DNA from: an uncultured Acidobacteriaceae bacterium
GTDB taxonomy: Bacteria > Acidobacteriota > Terriglobia > Terriglobales > Acidobacteriaceae
Length of the DNA: 64,000 nt
Assembly: GCA_963771965.1 (NCBI GenBank)
Contig: CAVYVM010000003.1
Location: 43,381 to 107,380, forward strand
Direction: 5' to 3'
This document shows positions 29,822-39,018 of this stretch, piece after piece. Below the pieces are notes generated by a model. It had not been told where the DNA came from and searched no databases. It was given only the letters and a program-made list of their open reading frames with translations. Positions within the stretch are counted from its first letter, which is position 1; the number at the start of each line of letters is the position of its first letter. The translations under genes were made by a program, and so were the position numbers.

Positions 29822-29910
29822 GAAACTGACAGGCAGCCGACAGGCCGTTGGATGATTAAGTGAGTCTGACTCGATCTTACAGCAAGTGCGCGAGCTTGCT
29901 CGACCGCAAA

Positions 29911-31266
29911 CTAACCATGTCCGTGTCCGTGGGCAAAGATTCTTACCGCCTGTCCCACTGGCACTGTGTCAGGAAGCTCTTCTTCGATGAATTTAAGGTG
30001 GCGAGATTGCGAAGCAACCGCCACGGACACAATCACCAGGAGCCCGAGAAGCGTAATGAGAAGCCCAATGCCACGGCTCTCTCCGGTTCCAAAGATCCAA
30101 CCTAACCTGCCGGACAGGGGTCCGCCTTGAATGAGAAGGTGCCGGAAGACTTTGTCTGTGAGCGGGCCCGCGATAACAAAGGCCAGAGGAGCCATGACAT
30201 GATTGATTAAGCCCTTGAGGGCAAAGATACGTCCTTGTAGAACAGGCGCAACCTTTGTCTGCCAAAGGGCCTTGTCTGTGACAATTACAACCGTATAGCA
30301 GAAGTGAAAAGCGAAGATGCTTGCGCTAATCAGCGTCGCCGAAGATCTGAGCCCGGTGAGAGCGATAAATAATCCAGTGAGCGCTCCAAAGCCCAGGATA
30401 CCTGCAATGCGGCGCTTGGGGCCACCCCAGGCGCCCATCACCGTTCCGCCCACTAACCAGCCTATCCCGCCCATGGATAAGACTGTCCCTAGAACCGCGG
30501 GTGAACCAAAGCCCAACACGAGTGGAGTCAGCAAGACTACCGTGAACGCGAGACTGAAATTAATGGCGGCGAAAAGGAGAAGCAAAGTTAGTAAACCTCT
30601 CCTGTCCTTGATATACCGAAAGCCGTTCCATGTTTCGGATAACAATGATGTCTTGTGCGATGCAGATTGTTCGGCAGGCAGCCTCGCAGGTATGCGAATC
30701 ATAAGTAGCGTCAGGACCGCGAATAGGTACGTCGCAAAATCGATCAGCGCTACTCCTTGAACTTTAATGTAGCCAATGAGAACGCCGGCGAGCGTTGGCG
30801 AAATGATCGGAACTGCGGCCTCCGCCATTTCAATCAGGCCATTGGCTCTGCCGAGATGTTCTCGCGGGACCAGCATGGTGGTCGCGGCGGTGTAGGCCGG
30901 CAGTTGTATCGCCGCAAAAATCCGAAGGAGAGCAACCAACAGATAGAGTTGCCAGAGCTGATGCCGTCCTGTGAAGAAGAGGACAGCAAGACAGAGCGTG
31001 CAAAATCCAGCCCCGAGTTCGCTGAAGATCATTGCCCGCCGCAGGTCCCAACGATCCACCATCGCACCCAAGAACGGCAGAAGCACCAGACTGGGGGTCG
31101 TACCGATGAACGATACTAGAGCTAATTTGGTGATGGATCCAGTGACTTGATAGATCCACACGCTCACGGCGAAGGCAGTCAAGCCGCTTCCGACTAACGA
31201 TACTAACTGACCTCCCCATACGATAAAAAATGCAGACTTACGGTCCCACAATGTTCCCCCCGCCAT
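29911..31266 (-). CDS. MFS transporter (putative exporter)
   Basis: About 12 predicted TM segments and an MVDRWDLRR loop motif typical of MFS efflux pumps. Confidence 0.8.
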   Translation of the reverse strand: MAGGTLWDRKSAFFIVWGGQLVSLVGSGLTAFAVSVWIYQVTGSITKLALVSFIGTTPSLVLLPFLGAMVDRWDLRRAMIFSELGAGFCTLCLAVLFFTGRHQLWQLYLLVALLRIFAAIQLPAYTAATTMLVPREHLGRANGLIEMAEAAVPIISPTLAGVLIGYIKVQGVALIDFATYLFAVLTLLMIRIPARLPAEQSASHKTSLLSETWNGFRYIKDRRGLLTLLLLFAAINFSLAFTVVLLTPLVLGFGSPAVLGTVLSMGGIGWLVGGTVMGAWGGPKRRIAGILGFGALTGLFIALTGLRSSATLISASIFAFHFCYTVVIVTDKALWQTKVAPVLQGRIFALKGLINHVMAPLAFVIAGPLTDKVFRHLLIQGGPLSGRLGWIFGTGESRGIGLLITLLGLLVIVSVAVASQSRHLKFIEEELPDTVPVGQAVRIFAHGHGHG

Positions 31267-31304
31267 GCTCGGAGCCTCCTTCGGGCACTGTGCAACATAC
31301 CTGA

Positions 31305-32069
31305 TTATGTTTCCCGGATAATTCTGACTAGCTTAGCATTCCCGCTGATGCGAGCAGGTTGAGGCATCACCTTGGCCGCGCTCGACAATTGGGACTTCTC
31401 GGTTACGATGTTGGCCATGCGCGCTTTACGGATAGCCTCTCGCCGCCGCGTCACCTTGAGCTTCTGCAAAATGTTATGAACATGGCTTTTTGCCGTAGAG
31501 GTTGAAATGCCTAACCGACTGGCAATTTCCTTGTTCGCAAGATGGTAGGACATTAACTGCAGAATTTCCTTCTCCCGCGCGCTCAACATCAAAGGCTGAT
31601 CGCATTCCCCAGATAGCTTTCTGAGCCGTGACACCGCCAGCGTTATTAAATCAGTGGAGTACGACATTTCGTTCCTGTGCACGGTCTTGATCGCCTCGAT
31701 AAGTTGCTCGAATGAGCAATGTTCAGATAGAAATCCATTCACGCCGCCATTGATAAATCCTAGGACGCTTTCTTCTGACGGCTCCAATCCCAAAATGAGT
31801 ATCTTGACGTACGGCAGGGCCATCTTAATGTCGTGAGCAGCTAAAAGTGTACTCAAGCAATCACTCGAGGATTCAAGCAAAAGTACGTGGAAGTTCAGCG
31901 ACTTCATGCCTATCAGTTCGCTCGCAACTTCGAACGTGTTAGCATGGCCGATCACTTGCAGCCCGGGCACCTCCTCCAACGCGACCATAAGTGACTCTGC
32001 AAACAAACGGTGTCCGCTGATCAAGAATGTACGAATCGTCTCTTCTGACGGATGGACATCCTCATGCAT
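31305..32069 (-). CDS. LuxR-family regulator with degenerate receiver domain
   Basis: C-terminal LSAREKEILQLMS...NKEIA..LGIS..TAKSHVHNILQKL HTH. In the N-terminal receiver-like fold, the acidic pocket reads SG and the phospho-Asp position reads LLLES. Confidence 0.8.
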   Translation of the reverse strand: MHEDVHPSEETIRTFLISGHRLFAESLMVALEEVPGLQVIGHANTFEVASELIGMKSLNFHVLLLESSSDCLSTLLAAHDIKMALPYVKILILGLEPSEESVLGFINGGVNGFLSEHCSFEQLIEAIKTVHRNEMSYSTDLITLAVSRLRKLSGECDQPLMLSAREKEILQLMSYHLANKEIASRLGISTSTAKSHVHNILQKLKVTRRREAIRKARMANIVTEKSQLSSAAKVMPQPARISGNAKLVRIIRET

Positions 32070-32125
32070 GGCGAACTCTTCTCAACTCGCTCTTGAGCGT
32101 CAGTGCTGACGAGGAGGCCCAATGC

Positions 32126-32944
32126 TTAACGACCCGCAAAATGCCCTCTGACAACTTCTAAGTCGCTATTTTTCGGGCCGTTCGTTAGTCCATTATCTCT
32201 AACACTCGATGGAAACTTGGGTTTGCTTGGACTATCAATAATCACCCGCTCCGCAGTTGCCGTTCCCATATTCAGCCGTCTTCTTCCGTAAACTTCTTGT
32301 ACTGCCAGGAGCCGCCTGTTTACGTGTAATTTCCCGAGGATGTTATGGACATGGTTTTTCACGGTATGGGCAGAAATAGATAAGCGGTCCCCAATCTGCC
32401 AATTTGTGAGGCCCGCCGCCATCAATTCTAGGATTTCGTTCTCACGTAAGGTGAGTATCTGCGACTCGCACTCGTGAATGTGCTGGTTTTCGCCGCATAA
32501 ATTTGCCAGTCGCCCAAAAATTGCAGGCGCGGCACTCTGAGAACAAACTACCTCGCCTTTCGCAACCTGCTGGATCGCTGCTCTTATGTCAGAAAGAGAC
32601 ACTTCGCCTGGGATATATCCTTGAGCCCCAGCTTCTAAGTAATAAACCGCAAAGCGCTCAGAAACGGGATCCCCCAAGATAAGTATCTTGACATCGACAA
32701 AGGCTCGCGAAAGAAATGTGATCAAGTCCAGACATCGATCATCTTGATTATCATTTCTTAAAAGAATAATGCTCGAGGGATTTGTTTCGATGTGCGCGCA
32801 GATTTGTGACTTGTCACAATCGGCAATGTCCACCGCGAACTGCCCGATTCTCCGCAGCGCCACGGCCAGACATTCGGCAAACAACCTGTACCAACTGACC
32901 ACGAGTAACGTTGTAGCGCGCGGCATTTCGTTTGATCGGAGCAT
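32126..32944 (-). CDS. LuxR-family regulator with degenerate receiver domain (paralog)
   Basis: LTLRENEILELMAAGLTNWQIGDRLSISAHTVKNHVHNILGKL HTH. The receiver-like N-terminus lacks the DD pair (reads SW) and lacks a clear phospho-Asp. Confidence 0.8.
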   Translation of the reverse strand: MLRSNEMPRATTLLVVSWYRLFAECLAVALRRIGQFAVDIADCDKSQICAHIETNPSSIILLRNDNQDDRCLDLITFLSRAFVDVKILILGDPVSERFAVYYLEAGAQGYIPGEVSLSDIRAAIQQVAKGEVVCSQSAAPAIFGRLANLCGENQHIHECESQILTLRENEILELMAAGLTNWQIGDRLSISAHTVKNHVHNILGKLHVNRRLLAVQEVYGRRRLNMGTATAERVIIDSPSKPKFPSSVRDNGLTNGPKNSDLEVVRGHFAGR

Positions 32945-33208
32945 CGATAGCCACTCTTAGCAGACCCTTCCGCCAACGCATCGGCTTAAGTTAACAATCC
33001 GTGATACGATCTAACAAGAACACTAACACGTCCATTTCATCATTAGCTATCGGATTATTGCACACGGTATATCGAAGTTATGACGCGATGACAGGTTGTC
33101 CGGAAAACGTAACATCGACTAAGAAGGGAAGCGGCCTTAACAAAGCCAGAGCCACTAGTTATTCCCTCGCGCATCGGAGTGTAAGTCAAACCGCTTAGCA
33201 GCTGGACA

Positions 33209-34699
33209 CTAGCCAGCAATTTCAAGCACAGCCCGGTACAAGCTGCGAATGCCCTGCTCAAAGCTGCTGATCGCGACGCGCTCATTTGGGCCATGAACGC
33301 CTCCCAGATCTGCAGGGCTGATTAGAAAGGGCACCCATCCATAACAGGGCACCCCCGCGGAGCGGAAGTAACGCCCGTCGCTTGCACCGGGCGACAAAAT
33401 CGGAGCCACGATGCCGCCTTGTTGTCCGACGGCATGCTTTGCCAGAGCAGCGAATTCCTGTGTTTGAAAATCAGATGTGTTAGCCGGGTGGGCGTGAGAA
33501 GGCAATTGAGAGACGCGTATGCCATCTTTGGAAAGTTCACTAGCAATTTTCTCCCGCATGGTCTCCAAGTCAGATCCCGGCAAGAGCCTAATGTTCAGAA
33601 CTGCCCGCGCCTGGCCTGGCACAAGGTTTCCTTTCATGCCACTTTCAAGGACAGTGAGGGCGATCGTGTCATGAAGCATTGCGTTGACCGCAGGTATCTT
33701 GGACAAGTGTCGCGCAGTCAACCGCGATTTCAGAAGCGGGAATCGAAATAGAAAACGTGCCGGACCCTCGGCCTCACTCGCCAGGCTTTCGAGAAAACAC
33801 TTGGTGGCTGGCGTAATTCGCATTCCGAACTTCATGCTTAACACACGGTTCAAGGCCGCAACCAAACGTGCGGGCGGCGCGTCTCCGGAGATAATGCTCG
33901 CATGATGTCCGTTTGACTCCGCTACACATTCCAACTCTAGGCACGCCTTTTCAGCGACCGCAATCGCATGCACGTCACGGCCATGCCATAGGCCGCGCAC
34001 GGAAAACCCGCCTTCGCCGAACACCAACCCACACTGCAACAGTTCGGGGCGATGCTTCAGCATCCACTCCGTGCCAAAGTGCCCGCCAGCCTCCTCATCG
34101 GCAACAACCAGCAGAATAACATCGCGGTTTAGCGGCACCCGCAACTTGCGAAGCAGAATGACAATCATCAAGTGGGCGATCCCAAGCCCTTTCAGATCCA
34201 ACACCCCTCTTCCGTAAATATATCCTTCACGGACGGTCCCAGAAAATGGGTTAATCGCTGAGTCCCACTCTTGCCGCGAGACAGGGACGACGTCGCTGTG
34301 ACTAAGCAGAATGAGCGGAGGTTTGATTGAGCTACCCGTACTCAGTCGCGCTATAAGATTGATTCTTCCGGGTGCAGACTCCAGTAACTCGGCAGCGATC
34401 CCAGCATCTTGCAACACACTGGCTAGCCATCTCGCGGCGTCGGCTTCGCAGCCTGCCAACCATGGCGCATTTTGGATTTCCGTAGAGCTTAGGCGAAGAG
34501 GGTCATTGACGGTAGGAAATCGGAGGTATTGTCTAAGTAAGTCAACCGCCTGTTCGAGAACCGCAGGCCACGATAGCTCTGACTCCAGCACAGGAAGGTC
34601 TGATAGAGAAGATTGTGGTACCACGTAGCCACCGTTTAAAGGCGATCTTTCACCTTCTGAATTGCTGTGGGATATTGAAGCCTGCTGGTTTTGGAGCAA
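33209..34699 (-). CDS. M20/M25/M40 family metallopeptidase
   Basis: LLSHSDVVP, GRGVLDLKG, VADEEAGG and GASDGRYF motifs of the ArgE/DapE/ACY1/CPG2 clan. Confidence 0.8.
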   Translation of the reverse strand: MLQNQQASISHSNSEGERSPLNGGYVVPQSSLSDLPVLESELSWPAVLEQAVDLLRQYLRFPTVNDPLRLSSTEIQNAPWLAGCEADAARWLASVLQDAGIAAELLESAPGRINLIARLSTGSSIKPPLILLSHSDVVPVSRQEWDSAINPFSGTVREGYIYGRGVLDLKGLGIAHLMIVILLRKLRVPLNRDVILLVVADEEAGGHFGTEWMLKHRPELLQCGLVFGEGGFSVRGLWHGRDVHAIAVAEKACLELECVAESNGHHASIISGDAPPARLVAALNRVLSMKFGMRITPATKCFLESLASEAEGPARFLFRFPLLKSRLTARHLSKIPAVNAMLHDTIALTVLESGMKGNLVPGQARAVLNIRLLPGSDLETMREKIASELSKDGIRVSQLPSHAHPANTSDFQTQEFAALAKHAVGQQGGIVAPILSPGASDGRYFRSAGVPCYGWVPFLISPADLGGVHGPNERVAISSFEQGIRSLYRAVLEIAG

Positions 34700-34710
34700 A
34701 ACGCTTCTCC

Positions 34711-35622
34711 CTATGCGGTTCCTGCCACAGAAGACAATTTGATCGGGCGCTCTCCTTGAACCGTAGTTGGGGCCCGCAAGAACCGTGCAATCAATGAATT
34801 AACCCGATCCGGATCTTCTTCGTGAGGAAGATGGCCACAGTCGGCAAGAATTTCCAACTGAGCATGCTGCATCTCCCTCTTAAACCTCTGCGCATTGTCT
34901 ACCGGCAATATGTGGTCCTTAGCTCCCCAAATAATCAGAGTCTCGTGAGGTATCGCTGGAATAATCGCTGCCAGCCGACTTTCGTCAAACTCTTCCAAGG
35001 TAGCTAGAAAGCTCCGCTCGCCCGATTCCGACCGAAGCAACTGAAAATAAGAATCAACTAGATCCGGGGTAGCACGGCTCCTGTCCTTATAGGAGCGACG
35101 CAGCCCAGCTGCAAAGATTCGCCTGCCAAACATGTCCGATCGCAACGTCGGCTCCAGCAGCTTTCTAAGCACGTTGATACGCAGTAGTTGCTCAATGGAG
35201 TGTCGTCCTCCTGGGTAGCCTACGCTGTTAATCAATACGAGTCGGTCTACTTTTTCTGGACACTTCCTTGCCAGCGCGAGGGCAACTGCGCACCCGTATG
35301 AGCTGCCCGCTATACTGACTCGCGACAGCCTAAGCTTCTCCATCAGTTGCAAAACAAATTGCACATGAGCTTCGGGGCTATAAAGTCCTGCTACCTTCGA
35401 TGAACGTCCGAAGCCCTTCATATCCAGTGCTATAACATCCAGAGACGTTGATAACTCAGGTATGTTACGACGCCAGGTAAGTAAGGAAAGAGGTGCACCA
35501 TGCAACAAGATGACTGGAGCACCTACTCCCCTGCGCACAAAACAAGCGTCCCCGTCGGGAAGAGTAATTGTTTGAGCGTCGTGATAGCTAGCGCTCATCA
35601 CCTGAGATGAAATAGATGGCAT
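34711..35622 (-). CDS. alpha/beta hydrolase
   Basis: HGAPLS oxyanion region, GSSYG nucleophile elbow (GxSxG), C-terminal CGHLPHEE. Confidence 0.8.
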   Translation of the reverse strand: MPSISSQVMSASYHDAQTITLPDGDACFVRRGVGAPVILLHGAPLSLLTWRRNIPELSTSLDVIALDMKGFGRSSKVAGLYSPEAHVQFVLQLMEKLRLSRVSIAGSSYGCAVALALARKCPEKVDRLVLINSVGYPGGRHSIEQLLRINVLRKLLEPTLRSDMFGRRIFAAGLRRSYKDRSRATPDLVDSYFQLLRSESGERSFLATLEEFDESRLAAIIPAIPHETLIIWGAKDHILPVDNAQRFKREMQHAQLEILADCGHLPHEEDPDRVNSLIARFLRAPTTVQGERPIKLSSVAGTA

Positions 35623-35917
35623 TTTGTGTTACCGAGTCTCACGACATCTGCCATACTAACTCAACACGTTTGTTGGCTTACGGCCAGTGCCGGACGCTCT
35701 CACTGTTGAGTTCAGAAACCATAGGCAGCACGACCTTTTCTATTCGAAAAACCACCCAGGCCACAATAGACCGTTTGGTCCAATATGGAACTATAGGGCT
35801 AGTGTCGCTTGCCATGAGAAGTGGAGTTCCCAACGATCTGCGAGATGCCGGCAAATCTTTTGCTTGCTTTTTACCCCTCGGCAATGCGATTAAGATAATT
35901 CAGTAGGGTTTGGAAAT

Positions 35918-37219
35918 ATGCGCAAATATGTTGGGGTTGATTTCGGCACCACAAACAGTGCCGTAGCCATTGCCGAGGAGGATGGCAGCGTGCGCACGGT
36001 GCGATTCCCTGCGGGGAACGATAGCACCGAAAGTTTCAGGTCGCTCATTTACTTCGAGCGCGTTCGAGAGAACGGGCGCTTTCATCTTCGCGCTCATACC
36101 GGACCGGAGGCCATCACGCGATATTTAGCGTCAGACGAAAAGGGCCGCCTCATTCAGTCTTTAAAGGCGTTTCTACCCAGCACATTGGTGCGGTCCACCA
36201 GGATTTTCAACACGGTCTACATGCTCGAAGACATGGTCGCGTTTCTTGTTCAACAGCTTCTAAGAAAGTCTGAGAATCTGGTGGGCGAACTCGGGCCCAA
36301 ATCTGTGGTTGGCAGGCCGGTGCGATTTTCAAGCAAGGAGTCGGCAACGGATGATTCTCTTGCAGTCCAGAGACTGCAGGACGCCTTCCTGAGGGCTGGC
36401 ATGGCGGATGTTACATTTGAATACGAACCGGTCGCAGCGGCCTACTATTACGAGAGCCTTCTTCACAAAGATGAGATCATTTTGGTCGCAGACTTCGGCG
36501 GTGGTACCAGTGACTTCTCTCTTGTTCGTCTGGGACCTTCCTTCCGGGGCACATTTGCTGACCGGGAGATTCTCGGCAGTGAAGGCATCGCGTCCGCCGG
36601 CGATGCTTTCGACGCAAAAATCGTTAAGCATCTCGTCTCGCCGCTACTGGGAGCTGATTCGGGGTATCGATCTCTTGGGAAGCTCTTGGTTATGCCAGCG
36701 TGGATTTACATTCACCTTGAACATTGGCATCACTTATCTTTTCTGAAAAGCAAGGACACCATGGATGTCCTGACAAGTTTGCGAGCAATGGCAGTGGAAC
36801 CGGAGAGAATAGATAATCTGATCAATGTCATTCAGGATGACCTGGGCTTTCACCTGCACCAAGCCGTTCAGAAGACTAAAGCTACATTATCGGAAGCCGA
36901 CAGTAGCTTATTTTTCTTCGACGTGCCGGGCATTTCAATTAGCAAGCAAGTGACACGAAGTGACTTTGAAATTTGGATTGCCGAAGAACTCGACATGATT
37001 TCACACTGCCTGGACCACCTCATTAAAGAGTCGGACGTGAGACCATCACAAGTCGACCGTGTCTTCTTGACCGGCGGGACCTCTTTCGTGCCGGCGGTTC
37101 GGCAGATCTTTCTGAAACGCTTTAGCGCCGATCGGATCGCAACTGGCGCCGAGTTTACCTCAGTTGCGAAGGGACTGGCTTTACGGTCGTTAGAACTTGC
37201 TCGGTTAGAGAACCGCTGA
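35918..37219 (+). CDS. Hsp70-family ATPase, nucleotide-binding domain only (YegD-like)
   Basis: VGVDFGTTNSAVA phosphate-1 motif, DFGGGTSD phosphate-2, LTGGTSFVP adenosine motif. At 433 aa there is no canonical substrate-binding domain. Confidence 0.8.
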   Translation: MRKYVGVDFGTTNSAVAIAEEDGSVRTVRFPAGNDSTESFRSLIYFERVRENGRFHLRAHTGPEAITRYLASDEKGRLIQSLKAFLPSTLVRSTRIFNTVYMLEDMVAFLVQQLLRKSENLVGELGPKSVVGRPVRFSSKESATDDSLAVQRLQDAFLRAGMADVTFEYEPVAAAYYYESLLHKDEIILVADFGGGTSDFSLVRLGPSFRGTFADREILGSEGIASAGDAFDAKIVKHLVSPLLGADSGYRSLGKLLVMPAWIYIHLEHWHHLSFLKSKDTMDVLTSLRAMAVEPERIDNLINVIQDDLGFHLHQAVQKTKATLSEADSSLFFFDVPGISISKQVTRSDFEIWIAEELDMISHCLDHLIKESDVRPSQVDRVFLTGGTSFVPAVRQIFLKRFSADRIATGAEFTSVAKGLALRSLELARLENR

Positions 37220-37501
37220 GCAAGCGCCTGCTCCACTAACCCTACCTAGTATTCCACCATGCAATGCCATGCTGTTCTTACTATTACACTAGCTAGGTAA
37301 CAGCAGAGGCACTCGGCTACCTACTGTGGGCTCGCGTACCCAACGCCATTTACTTCACCGTGCAAGGCGTTGCTACCACCTCAGATCTACACATACTAAC
37401 GTACCCAATAGACCATTATTGGTGACAACGGTCTATTGAGCTAATTACAAAGCAAGGGTACTGTTCTAACTCTTAAGATCATTTATTTTCCCCTTGAAAG
37501 G

Positions 37502-38977
37502 ATGGACACAATGAGCACGACAGCTTGGAGAGAGACTTCAGTACAAGCTCGGCTGGAAGAGCGATTACCCGACGGAATCGTTCGCTGCCATTTGTCTCCG
37601 CGGAACTGTACCATTCGCGAAGGCCAGCATGGCTTTTGTGGGGTTCGCGCGAATCGGAACGGGCGGCTCGTGAGCCTTAATTATGGCAAAAGCGTTCATC
37701 TTACCCAGGAGACGATCGAGACCGAGGCAGTAAATCACTACGCTCCCGGAACGCCGATTGTGTCCATGGGAAATGTAGGGTGCATGTTGAATTGTGTCTA
37801 CTGCCACAATTGGAAAACATCCCAGGCGAAGCATGTTGAGGACAAAGATGTCTACTACTACACGCCGGAGGGGGTGGTCGAGACGGCGCTGCGGCATAAC
37901 ATCCGGGTTATATCATGGACTTACAACGACCCTGTAGTGTGGCATGAATTTGTCCGAGACACAGCAAAGCTCGCACAGCAAGCCGGCATCATCAATCTTT
38001 ACAAGTCAGCCTTCTTTATTACGCCCGAGGCTATTGAAGAGCTGCTGCCCTATATCGACATCTTTTCCATTTCAGTGAAGTCTATCGACCCCGAATACTA
38101 CAAAAAGTATACGTCTGGTTGGCTTCAGCCGGTTTTGGATGGAGCGAAGCAGGTATTTCAGGCTGGTAAGCATCTGGAGCTGAGCACGCTGATGATTACC
38201 GACATCAGCGACAACGAAGATACCGCGCGGCGGGTGGCTGATTGGGTGCTCACCAATCTGAGTTCTGCTGTGCCGATCCATTTTGTCCGATTCCATCCTG
38301 ACTACAAACTTCGGGACACCATTCGCACGCCAGTGGACCGGCTGGAGAGGGCGCGCGAGGTGGGATTGGAAATGGGTCTGGAGCATGTCTATCTTGGCAA
38401 TGTATACGACACAAAGTGGTCGAACACCTATTGCCGCGGCTGCAACCAATTGTTAGTGTCGCGCTATGGTTTGAACGCCAGCATCGTCGGTCTGGATTCT
38501 AAAGGCCACTGCACTCAGTGCGGTCGCGATGCACACTTCAAGTTGTTGGCACCTCAAACGCAGAAAGAGGCCTCGGCCGCCGTTAATATGGGGCCTTCGG
38601 CAGAGCATGTCATGAGGCAGTTTTACTGGCATGGCGATATTCGCTCGTTACACGCTCAGGTCCGCAATACGTCTACATCCCCTACAAGCCTCTTTCAACG
38701 CCGCCTTTTGAAGAATGGCACGTCCGAATGGAGCGAACTGCAGCTTATTGCTGGGGAGAGCTACCGTTTCATCGTTGCCAAGGCGTATGAGGAGGAAGTG
38801 GGTTGTGAAATTGGTTGCCCACCCGCGATCGAGTCGAACTTGCATGAAGTGTTTGATCGCGCACACTTTCCCACAGTGGCCGTGGAAGAGGCGGATGCCT
38901 CCACCGATATTTCGCCCCTGCCAATGTACCCAGGGCGACAGGTGGCGGTCAGACTAGCAGCAACCGGCACAGACTAA
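37502..38977 (+). CDS. radical SAM enzyme, AmmeMemoRadiSam (AmrS)/PflA-activase-like, with ~130-aa C-terminal extension
   Basis: CTIREGQHGFCGVR N-terminal Cys region, GCMLNCVYCHNW (CX3CX2C), C-terminal CRGC...CTQC zinc-ribbon-like pair. The likely true start is the ATG at 37511, after GAAAGGATGG. Confidence 0.8.
   Translation: MDTMSTTAWRETSVQARLEERLPDGIVRCHLSPRNCTIREGQHGFCGVRANRNGRLVSLNYGKSVHLTQETIETEAVNHYAPGTPIVSMGNVGCMLNCVYCHNWKTSQAKHVEDKDVYYYTPEGVVETALRHNIRVISWTYNDPVVWHEFVRDTAKLAQQAGIINLYKSAFFITPEAIEELLPYIDIFSISVKSIDPEYYKKYTSGWLQPVLDGAKQVFQAGKHLELSTLMITDISDNEDTARRVADWVLTNLSSAVPIHFVRFHPDYKLRDTIRTPVDRLERAREVGLEMGLEHVYLGNVYDTKWSNTYCRGCNQLLVSRYGLNASIVGLDSKGHCTQCGRDAHFKLLAPQTQKEASAAVNMGPSAEHVMRQFYWHGDIRSLHAQVRNTSTSPTSLFQRRLLKNGTSEWSELQLIAGESYRFIVAKAYEEEVGCEIGCPPAIESNLHEVFDRAHFPTVAVEEADASTDISPLPMYPGRQVAVRLAATGTD
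37781..37804 (+). other. CX3CX2C radical-SAM cluster motif (CMLNCVYC)
   Basis: Read directly from the translation. Confidence 0.9.
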
Positions 38978-39018
38978 CCCGCGGCCACCCACTCGTCTCG
39001 GCCTCAGCAAAACGGAAG

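Noticed and set aside
35616-35906. A 96-aa ORF exactly filling the divergent spacer between the alpha/beta hydrolase and the Hsp70-like gene. Two further overlapping ORFs lie at 35678-35884 (-) and 35687-35893 (+).
   Set aside because: Three mutually overlapping open frames in one 290-nt spacer point to chance absence of stops. There is no RBS and no recognisable fold, and the region is more plausibly a divergent promoter. Not excluded as a small protein, but unsupported.
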